The position numbers and the translations under genes were made by a program. This document shows positions 37,268 to 47,161 of a stretch of 64,000 nt of DNA, piece after piece. The stretch is from a virus: IMG/VR virus record IMGVR_UViG_3300022934_000004; one strand, given 5' to 3'. The number at the start of each line of letters is the position of its first letter. Positions within the stretch are counted from its first letter, which is position 1. The notes beneath the pieces were generated by a model that saw nothing but the letters and a program-made list of their open reading frames with translations, was not told where the DNA came from and did not search any database.

Positions 37268-38716
37268 ATGTACAATTCGTTTAAACAATTCCTTGTAGAA
37301 GAGGAAAAGACCGTTTATTTTACATTCGGTCGAATGAATCCTCCAACCATTGGCCATGAGAAGCTAATGGATAAGTTAGCTAGTTCATCTGGCAAAATGC
37401 CTTATCGCGTGTTTGTATCTCAATCTCAAGATGCAAAGAAAAATCCATTAACATATCAAGAAAAAATTAAGTACGCGAGGAAAATGTTTCCTCGTCATGC
37501 TCGTTCTATTATATTAAATAAAAAAATTAGAAATGCATTAGAAGCTGCGTCAGTTTTATATAAGGAAGGTTATATAAATGCTGTAATGGTTGTAGGTTCA
37601 GATAGATTACAAGAATTTAGTGCACTTCTAAAAAGATACAATGGACAAGAAGGACGACATGGATTTTATAATTTTAAATCTATAAAGGTGATCTCAGCTG
37701 GTGCTAGAGATCCTGATGCCGAAGGAACTGAAGGTATGTCAGCGTCTAAAATGAGAAACGCGGCAGCAGAAAATGACTTTACAAAATTTGCTCAAGGCCT
37801 TCCAAAAAATATAGCAAATAACGAAGCGAAAAGAATGTTTAATGCAGTCCGTAAAGGAATGGGATTAAAAGAACAAAAAGAATTTAAAAATCATATACAA
37901 TTAGAACCGGTTTCTGAATTAAGAGAATCATATGTACAAGACAAAAACATTTTCACAGTAGGTGAAAGTGTAGTTATGATGAAAAATGGTATAGTTGGAA
38001 AAATTAAACACCTTGGAACTAATTATTTAATAGTTGAATCAAAGGGTGAAACATGGAGATGCTGGTTAAGTGATGTTGATAAAGTAGATCCAAGAGAATT
38101 TACATATGATGTCTTAGATACTCCTAAAGAGTATAAGGATGGAGTTGTTAGAGAATCATTACATGAAGCTGTAGCCCCACGTTGGAAACGCTCTGGTCCA
38201 AATGGTGAGATTGAAATCACTATTAATGGTCAACGCTATCAAATCGAAAAATCACTAGATCATAATGAACGTCATAGAGGCGAATGGAAAATTATGATGT
38301 GGGATAAACGTAGACGTGAATGGGTTTGGGATAATACTGTACAAGGTAAAGGTTATGCTAAAGAACTTGTAATGGATAGACTAAAGGAAGATCGTTGGTA
38401 TAAAGATCAGCCAGAATGGGGTACACCTGAATCAACTAAAAAAGCAAAGAAGATAACTCCAGGTGAACCAAAAGAAGCTACAAGTTCTCCTCAAGATCCT
38501 GATATTAAAGATCGTAAAGGAACCCAACCGAAAGCATACCATTCAGGATTATCTAAAAAAACAAAAGTTTCAAGAGATAGACATTTTAAGAAGCATGCTA
38601 AAATGGATGATGATAATCCAAAGGCATATAAAAAAGCACCAGGTGATGCAACAGCAAAAACAAAACCAAGTAAGCACACTCTAAGGTTTAAACAAATGTA
38701 CGGAGAAGACAAATGA
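37268..38716 (+). CDS. HIGH-family nucleotidyltransferase with C-terminal extensions and CTS-like N-terminus
   Basis: MYNSFKQFLVE; FGRMNPPTIGH, KNPL, VVGSDR, SAGARDPD, GMSASKMR. Confidence 0.75.
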   Translation: MYNSFKQFLVEEEKTVYFTFGRMNPPTIGHEKLMDKLASSSGKMPYRVFVSQSQDAKKNPLTYQEKIKYARKMFPRHARSIILNKKIRNALEAASVLYKEGYINAVMVVGSDRLQEFSALLKRYNGQEGRHGFYNFKSIKVISAGARDPDAEGTEGMSASKMRNAAAENDFTKFAQGLPKNIANNEAKRMFNAVRKGMGLKEQKEFKNHIQLEPVSELRESYVQDKNIFTVGESVVMMKNGIVGKIKHLGTNYLIVESKGETWRCWLSDVDKVDPREFTYDVLDTPKEYKDGVVRESLHEAVAPRWKRSGPNGEIEITINGQRYQIEKSLDHNERHRGEWKIMMWDKRRREWVWDNTVQGKGYAKELVMDRLKEDRWYKDQPEWGTPESTKKAKKITPGEPKEATSSPQDPDIKDRKGTQPKAYHSGLSKKTKVSRDRHFKKHAKMDDDNPKAYKKAPGDATAKTKPSKHTLRFKQMYGEDK

Positions 38717-38961
38717 TTAAATTTAAGGCTTATATTGCAGAAGATGCCTCAGCCGCATTAAAGAAAAAGGCAGAAAAATCTGGCATGTCACTAGGAGTAT
38801 TACGTAAAGTATATAATAGAGGTGTAGCAGCATGGAGAACTGGACATCGTCCAGGCACTACTCCACAGCAATGGGGCTTAGCAAGAGTTAATTCTTTCGT
38901 TACAAAATCTTCTGGTACTTGGGGTAAAGCGGATAAAGATTTAGCAGCGAGGGTAAAATAA
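38713..38961 (+). CDS. Small putative internal protein (DUF5824-like)
   Basis: MIKFKAYIAE; VYNRG.AAW...HRPG...QWG.ARVNSF. Confidence 0.65.
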   Translation: MIKFKAYIAEDASAALKKKAEKSGMSLGVLRKVYNRGVAAWRTGHRPGTTPQQWGLARVNSFVTKSSGTWGKADKDLAARVK

Positions 38962-39848
38962 TGCCAGCACCTAAAGTAGATTTACAAAAATTTAAAGCAC
39001 ATATGAATAGAAATAAAAAGCCAAAGAAAATGTCTTCTACTCAAAAATCATTATCTGATATTAGTAAACGTGCTAATGAAGAATGGGTGTGTGGTAAATG
39101 TAATTGCGATCCTTGCACTTGCGAAGAAGTTCATGAAGATTGTGGTTGTGAATCATGTAAAAGTAAAAGAGCACAAAAAGAAACTGCTACTCCTATGCGC
39201 ACAATGAAACTTATTAATAAGATTAAAAAATCTGGTGTTGTTAAACAGGGGTCAATGGCTAAAGAAGATACCAAGCGTGAAAAGGAATTAGATCGTTATA
39301 AAATGATGAGAAAAAATGCTCGTGGATCTATGAAAAAAGCCGCGCAGTCTGGTAGTCATAGCGATATGGTAAAAGCAATGAATACTGCTAGACATGCGTC
39401 TAGGTCAATTAGTAAAATTAATAAAATGAAAACTCAGAAAGAAGATCTAAATGTAAGTGATGGCATTGGATCTTGGATTAAAGATTTTAAAAAATCAGAT
39501 GCACCACAATTTGCTGGTAAATCAGATAAGAAAAGAAGAACTATGGCGGTTGCTGCATATTTAAATGCAAAAAGAAAAACAAATGAAGCCCGTGGTGAAG
39601 ATGCAAAAGGTCATAAAAGAGCAACTGAAAAAGGCGCTGGATTAACACAAAAAGGCAGAGATTATTATAATAGAAAAACTGGTGGTAACTTACAAGCACC
39701 TGTAACAGGTTCAGTAAAACGTGGTAGTAAAGCTGCTAAGAGAAGAAAATCATTTTGTGCTAGAATGAGTGGTATGCCCGGACCAATGAAAGATGATAAG
39801 GGTCGTCCTACTCGTAAAGCAATGTCTCTAAGAAGGTGGAAATGCTAA
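38961..39848 (+). CDS. Basic modular putative head internal polyprotein
   Basis: Lys-rich modules separated by xxE sites, Cys cluster, C-terminal RRKSFCARM...SLRRWKC. Confidence 0.6.
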   Translation: MPAPKVDLQKFKAHMNRNKKPKKMSSTQKSLSDISKRANEEWVCGKCNCDPCTCEEVHEDCGCESCKSKRAQKETATPMRTMKLINKIKKSGVVKQGSMAKEDTKREKELDRYKMMRKNARGSMKKAAQSGSHSDMVKAMNTARHASRSISKINKMKTQKEDLNVSDGIGSWIKDFKKSDAPQFAGKSDKKRRTMAVAAYLNAKRKTNEARGEDAKGHKRATEKGAGLTQKGRDYYNRKTGGNLQAPVTGSVKRGSKAAKRRKSFCARMSGMPGPMKDDKGRPTRKAMSLRRWKC

Positions 39849-40123
39849 TGGCTGATACAGACGCACGTTTAGATCGTATTGAGGAAAAGCTTGATAAGCT
39901 TAGCGACGTTGTCGTATCTATAGCTCGATTCGAAGAAAAAATGGATGCATACAATGAGTATCGTGAAAGATCATGGGAACGTATGAATAAGTTTTCAGAA
40001 AAACTAGATGCCATAGAGAAGAAGGTTGAAGATAATTGTCGTACAGTTCAAACGATAAATAAATTATTTTGGATAGCTATTGTTTCAGCAGTCGGTGCAA
40101 TAGCAGCAAATGTTCTAATGTAG
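39848..40123 (+). CDS. Coiled-coil protein with C-terminal TM (XhlA/holin-like)
   Basis: RLDRIEEKLDKL...; TM at C-terminus. Confidence 0.6.
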   Translation: MADTDARLDRIEEKLDKLSDVVVSIARFEEKMDAYNEYRERSWERMNKFSEKLDAIEKKVEDNCRTVQTINKLFWIAIVSAVGAIAANVLM

Positions 40124-40137
40124 AAACGGAGAAAACC

Positions 40138-41367
40138 ATGAGAGAATGGGTAAAAGAACTTTTAGAAAAAAAGAAAAAGATGGATCCGGTTGATAAAGAT
40201 GAGTTAAAAGGCACTCATGCTGATCGCAAAGATGGTGACATCGATAATGACGGTGATGAAGATGAATCTGACAAGTATCTTCATAATCGTCGTAAAACAA
40301 TTAAAAAATCTATGAGCAAAGATGAAGGATATGTATCCAATGCTCAAAGAAAAGCTGTCTGGGCAACTCGCAAAGATGGTGGTAAAGGACATCCTGATGC
40401 CAAAAAAGAAAGTGTTGAAGAAAAGAATTTAACACCTAAACAAATTAAACGTGCTCTTGCAAGTATCAAGCCGTCTAAGAAAAAACCAACGCTTCCTCAA
40501 GCACCTTGGGATAAAAAGAAAAATGAAGCATATAATGAACCTCAAGGTCAAGCGAAAAGAATGATGTCTCCATTACAAAAAATGAGAATGGATAAAGAAA
40601 AAGCTGATCGTGATCGTGATGGTAAGCTTAAGCCAGGCGCAGTTAAAAAAGAAGCTACATCAGTTGATGAAATTTCAAGAACAAAATTGTCTAAATATGC
40701 TAGCGCAGCTAAGCAAGACATTGAAAGAAAAAGAAATAAAGTCAAAGCAGCATTAGATCAGCCAGCAAGTGTTAAGCATGCAAAAGCAGGGCTTAAAGCA
40801 ATGTCAGGCTTAACTAAAAGATCAAGAGGATCTGATATGTATGTAAATAAAATGACTGGTCGTTCAAAAGTTAAACCAACTAATGAAGCGGCGGTTGATG
40901 AAGTTTCAAAGGGAATGGTTGGTAGATATTTGAAAAAAGTACCAGCTTCTGCTGCACATGCAGGAGATCGTGCTGGAACTGGTGGAATGGGTCAAGCAGG
41001 TGCTTCAGCTGATGTCAAAAAAGGCTATGAAAAACAACGTAAAAAAGGCATTGCTCAATTTGTGAGACGCCAGAAAGGCACAAATATGGCCGTTAATAAA
41101 CTTACAGGTAAAGCAAAGGTTCCAGCTAGAGAAGCATATGAAAATATTCCTGCTGCTGATAAGAATCGTAAAGGATATCAAGATCCTATGGGTAAGGGCT
41201 TGGCACCAAATGCAAAAGCTCAAGCAGCAAAGAAAATGCCAACTCCTGAGCCAATTGATGAACCAAAAGTTGATGCGAAAAACTTTAAAGATTTCCGTAA
41301 AGGCTTAAAAGCATCACCAAAAAGAAAAGGTGATAATCCAGCAGGAGATAAGGCTCCTGTAAAATAA
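40138..41367 (+). CDS. Basic modular putative head internal polyprotein with internal repeat
   Basis: DGDIDNDGD...D.YLHNRRK; two repeats VDE(I/V)S...NK(M/L)TG..KV...E. Confidence 0.6.
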   Translation: MREWVKELLEKKKKMDPVDKDELKGTHADRKDGDIDNDGDEDESDKYLHNRRKTIKKSMSKDEGYVSNAQRKAVWATRKDGGKGHPDAKKESVEEKNLTPKQIKRALASIKPSKKKPTLPQAPWDKKKNEAYNEPQGQAKRMMSPLQKMRMDKEKADRDRDGKLKPGAVKKEATSVDEISRTKLSKYASAAKQDIERKRNKVKAALDQPASVKHAKAGLKAMSGLTKRSRGSDMYVNKMTGRSKVKPTNEAAVDEVSKGMVGRYLKKVPASAAHAGDRAGTGGMGQAGASADVKKGYEKQRKKGIAQFVRRQKGTNMAVNKLTGKAKVPAREAYENIPAADKNRKGYQDPMGKGLAPNAKAQAAKKMPTPEPIDEPKVDAKNFKDFRKGLKASPKRKGDNPAGDKAPVK

Positions 41368-41736
41368 ATGAAAATACTTGATAATGTAACTGATGAAAAT
41401 TTTCAGTTCTTTGCAGCAAGGCATTATTATAATCCTCGCTGTATTGATATAGAAGAATTTCACGAAGATTTGAATAGATTTAAGTATGTTAAAAGGCTGG
41501 TGAATAAGTACCTAGAAACAGGAAAATTATCAGAACGATTAATACTAAATCATTTGATTGTTATATTCAATGCTTTTGATATAGAACCTTCTTTGAAAAT
41601 GTTAGATTATAAATTGGATAAGAAACAATGGGAAGTTATTAAACCTTTTCTAGTATTCTTAAAACATATTAAAAATAATCAATATGTGAATGTGGAAATG
41701 GATAAGAAGGTGATTGAAGCTTTAAGGAAAATTTAA
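41368..41736 (+). CDS. Conserved T4-like hypothetical protein
   Basis: YYNP.C...EF.EDL.RFKY.KRL...ERLILNH. Confidence 0.7.
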   Translation: MKILDNVTDENFQFFAARHYYNPRCIDIEEFHEDLNRFKYVKRLVNKYLETGKLSERLILNHLIVIFNAFDIEPSLKMLDYKLDKKQWEVIKPFLVFLKHIKNNQYVNVEMDKKVIEALRKI

Positions 41737-42308
41737 TGGGAATAGTTAAAAGAGCTGCCGACCTTGCATTTACGTTTAGATTTCTTCGCATGCTTGTCAT
41801 GGATTGGAAGAAGTGGGATGCGTATAAGCTAGGTATTATTGATGAAAATGGAAAAAGAAAAAAAGAAGTCAAGCTTGATACAAATGAGAAAAAGTCTGCT
41901 TTTACTCCGTTCATAAGACTTGCCGCAAATGTAAAAAGAACAGTTGGCTTTAATAAATTAACATCGATCGCAGCAGCTCTCTATCTTATTAAAGAGCATA
42001 ATCAACTAAGTGATAAAGACATTGATAAAATACTAGATGGACTCGATATAGATCCAACAGATCTTATTAAAGAACAAAATGAATGGTTTGTATTAGAAGA
42101 TAATAGATTATCACCAGGAATTTATAAAGTAAAGTACCCTAAAGTTATAAATACTACATATGAGGAGGTAGTCTCTGCTAAAGATAAGATTAAGGTAGAC
42201 AACACCGCTTATCCTATAGGTCAGATCTACGGTTTAGATATTTACGAAGCAGTCCACCTTCTCTCAAATCAAAAGGTGTATATTACACCAGGAGAACTAA
42301 TAAAATGA
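41736..42308 (+). CDS. Conserved T4-like hypothetical protein
   Basis: AYKLGIIDENG, AAAL.LIKE. Confidence 0.65.
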   Translation: MGIVKRAADLAFTFRFLRMLVMDWKKWDAYKLGIIDENGKRKKEVKLDTNEKKSAFTPFIRLAANVKRTVGFNKLTSIAAALYLIKEHNQLSDKDIDKILDGLDIDPTDLIKEQNEWFVLEDNRLSPGIYKVKYPKVINTTYEEVVSAKDKIKVDNTAYPIGQIYGLDIYEAVHLLSNQKVYITPGELIK

Positions 42309-42547
42309 GTTTATGGGATAACATTCGAAAACGAAGAGCGGCGGGTAAGCCTAAATTAAAACCAGGTGATAAAAATTATCCAAAAACCTTGAATATTGAA
42401 GAAGTTCCAGGTGGTGCTAACACTGCATCAATTCCTAATCCAGCTACTACCTCTCAAGGACAGATTGCTGTTGACCGTAGAAGAAGAAAAGACAAGCATC
42501 CTAAACTCTTAAAGAGATTTAGAAGGTATGTAGAGGATGGCAAGTAA
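42305..42547 (+). CDS. Small basic protein
   Basis: SLWDNIRKRR..G. Confidence 0.55.
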   Translation: MSLWDNIRKRRAAGKPKLKPGDKNYPKTLNIEEVPGGANTASIPNPATTSQGQIAVDRRRRKDKHPKLLKRFRRYVEDGK

Positions 42548-42983
42548 AATTTCAGAAAATACTGAAGTTGCTTTACCACTTAGAAATATTTTATCTTTAG
42601 TTGTAGGAGCAAGTATTGCCACGTGGGCATACTTTGGTATTGTAGAACGATTAAATAATATTGAAACATCACAAACCATGATGCATAATGATGTACAGAT
42701 GAATACTGAGTTTCGTATTAAATGGCCTCGTGGTGAAATGGGAAGTTTACCAGCAGATAGCGAACAATTTATGCTAATAGAACATCTTGCTGGTGAATTA
42801 GATAAATTAACAAATGAAATAGAAAGTGGGCAAGCTCCGTTTGATCAACAACAACAATTAACTCTAAACTTTTATAAAGATCGAATTGAACAATTAGAAA
42901 AAGCTCATGAAAAAATTCGTAATGATATAATGGATTTAGTTCATGATTTAAATGGAATAAAACGTGTAAATGGGGGTCACTAA
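42537..42983 (+). CDS. N-terminal TM plus coiled-coil protein
   Basis: TM at residues ~17-35, heptad repeats. Confidence 0.6.
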   Translation: MASKISENTEVALPLRNILSLVVGASIATWAYFGIVERLNNIETSQTMMHNDVQMNTEFRIKWPRGEMGSLPADSEQFMLIEHLAGELDKLTNEIESGQAPFDQQQQLTLNFYKDRIEQLEKAHEKIRNDIMDLVHDLNGIKRVNGGH

Positions 42984-43195
42984 TGATAGAGACTTTATTT
43001 GTTTTATTTCTTTATATGAACAACAAAGTGATAGAGTATACACCAAAGGACAGCTTAGTTGATTGTTTAGGAACTAAGCGCCAAATTGAACGAAATCTTG
43101 GTGATAGTAGCAGATATTCTTGTGAGAAGCATACTGTTAAAACTATGGAAAAGACAAATGGCAAGAAAGAAATATTAGAATTTATTGAGGATTGA
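42983..43195 (+). CDS. Small signal-anchored two-Cys protein
   Basis: LFVLFLY...SLVDCL...YSC. Confidence 0.5.
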   Translation: MIETLFVLFLYMNNKVIEYTPKDSLVDCLGTKRQIERNLGDSSRYSCEKHTVKTMEKTNGKKEILEFIED

Positions 43196-43196
43196 T

Positions 43197-43646
43197 ATGG
43201 CTAGACTTTATTTAATATTACTAATTTTAGGATTAATGTCTTCTATTGGATATGCTGGATATTCTTATTATATGTGGTCACAAGAAACAATTGGAACACT
43301 AAGAGAAAATAACGTGAAATTAAAATCTGCTGCAGAAACTTTACAAGTGACAGTAGATAAAATGGCAGAAGATGCACAAAGAAATGAAGAATTAAATCGT
43401 AATTTAACTAAACAATTACAAAAATCACAAGAGCACCTTGATAAACTCAGAGGTGTATTTGCAGAAATTGACTTGACTATGGAGGCATTAACAAATGCAC
43501 AAGGACTCGAAGACAGGGTTAATGCAGCAGTTGAAAAGCTCATTAACAGAATACAAAATGAAACTACTCCTCCTTCTGACGATCCCATTCCTACTGACAG
43601 CGTGCGGAATGAGGACACCGGAACCGGAAGTAGTGGTCCAAACTGA
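43197..43646 (+). CDS. Inner-membrane spanin (Rz-like)
   Basis: N-terminal TM followed by a long coiled coil; overlaps a lipoprotein gene. Confidence 0.7.
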   Translation: MARLYLILLILGLMSSIGYAGYSYYMWSQETIGTLRENNVKLKSAAETLQVTVDKMAEDAQRNEELNRNLTKQLQKSQEHLDKLRGVFAEIDLTMEALTNAQGLEDRVNAAVEKLINRIQNETTPPSDDPIPTDSVRNEDTGTGSSGPN

Positions 43647-43908
43647 ATATCAAGAACAACTTGTTCCTATTCAAGAAAGACCTAAAGCAGTAACTATGCC
43701 ATCAGTTGATTGGTTTGTTATTACTGAAGAAAACCTAGAAGAAAAGCTAGCTGAAATCGATACTAAGACAGGCGATGTAGTTTTATTTGCTATAACTCCT
43801 AAAGGATACGAAAACCTAGCTCTTGGTATAGGTGACTTACGTAGATATATAAAGGATCAACAGGCTATCATAGGTTACTATGAAGAAGCTTTAACCTCAG
43901 AAAAATAA
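43558..43908 (+). CDS. Outer-membrane spanin lipoprotein (Rz1-like)
   Basis: MKLLLLLTIPFLLTAC lipobox, Pro-containing linker; starts inside the i-spanin gene. Confidence 0.75.
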   Translation: MKLLLLLTIPFLLTACGMRTPEPEVVVQTEYQEQLVPIQERPKAVTMPSVDWFVITEENLEEKLAEIDTKTGDVVLFAITPKGYENLALGIGDLRRYIKDQQAIIGYYEEALTSEK

Positions 43909-43935
43909 ATCAATAAAAATTAAAAAAATATGGGA

Positions 43936-43982
43936 ATATACCATATATGGTATATGTACAAACTCGTGTTTTAATATATAAT
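43936..43982 (+). promoter_or_regulatory. NrdR-box-like palindrome abutting the RNR promoter
   Basis: ATATACCATATATGGTATAT (43936-43955); TGTACA(43955)-16-TATAAT. Confidence 0.6.
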
Positions 43983-44059
43983 ACTATCAAGAAAACAATC
44001 CTACTTATGCAGCATGCCATCCAGGTGTGCTTGATCTTTTTTACGCAAAGGAAAAACTC

Positions 44060-46288
44060 ATGTTAAAAATAGTTCCAAACAATTCAGAAGTTAATACCCG
44101 TCAACTTCTGTCTCAGACTAAATTTTATGAAGGGTACTCTCGTTGGAGTGAAGAATTAAATCGTTATGAAACTTGGGAAGAAGCTGTGACTCGTGTCATG
44201 GATATGCATAGAGAGTATTATTCAGAAAAAATGTCACCGGAACTAGAACAACTTATAGATGAAGCAGAGTCCTTATATAAACTACAATACGCTTTAGGTG
44301 CTCAGAGAGCGCTCCAGTTTGGCGGTGAACAGCTCAAGAAGCATCAAATGCGGATGTACAATTGCACGTCTAGTTACGCAGATAGAGCAGAATTTTTTGG
44401 TGAATTGTTTTACATCCTCTTGTGTGGTGCTGGTGCTGGATTTTCTGTTCAAAAGCATCATGTAGATAAAATGCCAGATATTACAGAACGTAAAAAACAG
44501 GCAAAGGGTTTTGTTGTTGAGGATTCAATTGAAGGTTGGGCTGATTCTTTATCAGTTCTTATGTCTTCTTATTTTGTTGGCGGTGGAACTCATCCAGATT
44601 TTGAAGGACGTAAAATTTATTTTGACTTACAAAATGTAAGACCGAAAGGCGCAAAGATTTCAGGTGGATTCAAAGCCCCTGGACCAGAACCACTTCGTCG
44701 TGCTCTCGATAAAATTGAACATATGTTACAAGGTGTTGTTTTATCTGGTCGTAAAAGGCTTAAGCCAATTGAAGTATATGATATCGCAATGCACGCCGCA
44801 GACGCAGTTTTAGCAGGTGGTGTACGTAGGTCTGCTACTATTTGCTTATTTTCACCAGACGATGAGGAGATGATGAATGCAAAAACAGGAAATTGGTTCA
44901 ACGATAACCCTCAACGGGGCAGAAGCAATAATTCAGCTGTTATCGTCAGATCCGAAATTACTAAAGAAGATTTTAAAAAAATCATGGAACCAATCAAACA
45001 ATTTGGAGAACCAGGATTTTACTTTGTCGAAGACAGAGATTTCACGACTAATCCGTGTGTTGAGATTGGTATGTATCCGCAAATTGATGGAGAATCAGGT
45101 TGGCAAGGATGTAACTTAACTGAAATCAACGGTGGGAAATGTACAACTGAAAAAGAATTTTATAAAGCATGTCGTGCTGCTTCAATTATGGGTACACTTC
45201 AAGCAGGATACACTGATTTTAAATATATAGGGGAAATTTCCAAAAAGATCTATGAAAGAGAAGCACTATTAGGTGTTTCAATTACAGGTTGGATGAATAA
45301 TCCAGATGTTTTATTAAATGAAACTATTCAAGAAAAGGGTGCTGAAATTGTCAAACAAGTCAACCGAGAAGTTGCAGGACTTATTGGAATCAATCCAGCG
45401 GCTAGAACAACGTGTGTCAAGCCATCAGGAAACGCTTCGGTTTTATTGCAAACTGCTAGTGGTATTCACGCTGAGCATTCCCCTCGTTATTTACGCCATA
45501 TACAACTAAATAAGGAGACTGAAGTTGCTCAGCTTATTGCTTCTGAAAACCCTTACATGGTTGAGGAGTCGGTATGGTCTAGCAATAACACTGATTATTG
45601 TATTGCTTTTCCTGTTATTTCCCCTCAAAACTCTCTCTATAGAGAAGACCTGTATGGAACCGAATTGCTCGAAAAAGTCAAGCTCGTTCAATCCAGCTGG
45701 GTTGAAAGTGGTACCAATAAAGAGCTGTGTGCTGATGAAAGAATCAGGCACAATGTGTCAAACACCGTTACAGTGATGCCACATATGTGGTCACAAATTG
45801 AAGATTATGTATATGAAAATCGTAATTATTTTGCAGGTATTAGTTTCTTAGCTGGTTCCGGTGATAAAGATTTTGCTCAAGCTCCTATGAGTGAAGTCAT
45901 GACTGAAGATCAGATTGTTGATAAATACGGTAAAGCTGCATTGTTTGCATCTGGTCTGATTGTCGATACACGTAAATCAGGATTTAGAGATCTTTGGGAT
46001 GCTACCTTTATAGCACAGCAACCTGAAGAATATAGAGGAGAAGTAAGCGACTTGAATAAAGAATGGATCCGCCGCTTTAATAAGTTTGCTGATAACTATT
46101 TTATGGGTGATACAAAGGAAACTGAGTATTGTCTAAAGGATGTTTTCCTTCTTCATAAATGGACTAAGATTCAACAGAATTATACTGCAGTGGATTTTGT
46201 AACACAACTAACAGAAAAAAGATTTACAGATATCGATACAATGGGTGCAATGGCGTGTCATGGTGGAGCGTGCGAAATTACTTTCTAG
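44060..46288 (+). CDS. nrdJ: Class II (adenosylcobalamin-dependent) ribonucleotide reductase, monomeric type
   Basis: YNC, GGVRRSA, TNPCVEI, CNLTE, TCVKPSG, C-terminal CHGGACEI; no beta-subunit gene nearby; ATG 44060 follows an AAGGA RBS. Confidence 0.85.
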   Translation: MLKIVPNNSEVNTRQLLSQTKFYEGYSRWSEELNRYETWEEAVTRVMDMHREYYSEKMSPELEQLIDEAESLYKLQYALGAQRALQFGGEQLKKHQMRMYNCTSSYADRAEFFGELFYILLCGAGAGFSVQKHHVDKMPDITERKKQAKGFVVEDSIEGWADSLSVLMSSYFVGGGTHPDFEGRKIYFDLQNVRPKGAKISGGFKAPGPEPLRRALDKIEHMLQGVVLSGRKRLKPIEVYDIAMHAADAVLAGGVRRSATICLFSPDDEEMMNAKTGNWFNDNPQRGRSNNSAVIVRSEITKEDFKKIMEPIKQFGEPGFYFVEDRDFTTNPCVEIGMYPQIDGESGWQGCNLTEINGGKCTTEKEFYKACRAASIMGTLQAGYTDFKYIGEISKKIYEREALLGVSITGWMNNPDVLLNETIQEKGAEIVKQVNREVAGLIGINPAARTTCVKPSGNASVLLQTASGIHAEHSPRYLRHIQLNKETEVAQLIASENPYMVEESVWSSNNTDYCIAFPVISPQNSLYREDLYGTELLEKVKLVQSSWVESGTNKELCADERIRHNVSNTVTVMPHMWSQIEDYVYENRNYFAGISFLAGSGDKDFAQAPMSEVMTEDQIVDKYGKAALFASGLIVDTRKSGFRDLWDATFIAQQPEEYRGEVSDLNKEWIRRFNKFADNYFMGDTKETEYCLKDVFLLHKWTKIQQNYTAVDFVTQLTEKRFTDIDTMGAMACHGGACEITF

Positions 46289-46300
46289 GAGCATAAGGGA

Positions 46301-46444
46301 TTGAAACATTACTACATCGAGTGTCAATACTGTGAAGAAGAAACCACAGTTTCAACACTACAAGAAGAGCCAGATTTTTGTCCTATGTGTGGCACACAAG
46401 TAAATGCTGTTTATTTAGATCAAATGGATGATTCAAACGAGTAA
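46301..46444 (+). CDS. Small zinc-ribbon protein, not in ORF track
   Basis: TTG start; CQYC...CPMCG. Confidence 0.55.
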   Translation: MKHYYIECQYCEEETTVSTLQEEPDFCPMCGTQVNAVYLDQMDDSNE

Positions 46445-46448
46445 TAAA

Positions 46449-46700
46449 ATGGAATTTAATTCAGTAGCTACTAATATACAAAACGCTATGATGATGCAAG
46501 GCATAAGTAAAAATATGCCTATGAATATTCCTAATAAAGCTCAATCTCTAAAAGGTGTAAGTGAAAATATGCCTTTTAACCATGAACATAAAAATACAGA
46601 TCGTGAATATATTCGTGAAACATATTACAATTATAATGCTAAAGGTGAGCGAGTAATGATTAGACAAATAGGACATATGGTTGATATTACTGTACTATAA
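46449..46700 (+). CDS. Hypothetical protein
   Basis: ORF with duplicated GxSxNMP. Confidence 0.45.
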   Translation: MEFNSVATNIQNAMMMQGISKNMPMNIPNKAQSLKGVSENMPFNHEHKNTDREYIRETYYNYNAKGERVMIRQIGHMVDITVL

Positions 46701-46708
46701 ATAAACAT

Positions 46709-47161
46709 ATGTGGTATTATAATGAAAAAGAATTTGAACCAGCTGAATTTTCTTATGAAGATTTGGCTGGTTTTGTTTACATAATTACTGATTTAAATAA
46801 CGGTAAAAAATATGTAGGAAAAAAATTATTTTGGGGAACAAGAAAATTAAAACCTCTTAAAGGAAAGACTCGTAAAAGAATAACAAAAATAGAGTCTGAT
46901 TGGAGAGAATATTTCGGATCTAACGAAGAAGTAAAAATGTTAGTCGAAAATGAGGGACAAAAAAGATTTAAAAGGAACATCCTCCACCTATGTAAATCAA
47001 AAGGTGAAATGACTTATTTAGAAATGAAAGAACAAATTGATCGTGAAGTACTATTCCGTGATGATTATTATAATGAATTTATTGGAGGCAAAATTCATAG
47101 TAAACATTTAAAGGAATATAAAAATGTACGAATACAAAGCAAAAATTCTCCGAGTAGTTGA
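46709..47161 (+). CDS. GIY-YIG nuclease family protein
   Basis: GFVY...KKYVGKK, ESDW..Y.GS, YYN; TATAAATA at 46696. Confidence 0.8.
   Translation: MWYYNEKEFEPAEFSYEDLAGFVYIITDLNNGKKYVGKKLFWGTRKLKPLKGKTRKRITKIESDWREYFGSNEEVKMLVENEGQKRFKRNILHLCKSKGEMTYLEMKEQIDREVLFRDDYYNEFIGGKIHSKHLKEYKNVRIQSKNSPSS

Noticed and set aside
43985-44059. Cobalamin riboswitch upstream of nrdJ
   Set aside because: The leader is too short and no B12-box is recognisable
46709-47161. Intron-encoded homing endonuclease
   Set aside because: It is a free-standing short GIY-YIG gene; the flanking genes are intact and no intron core was seen
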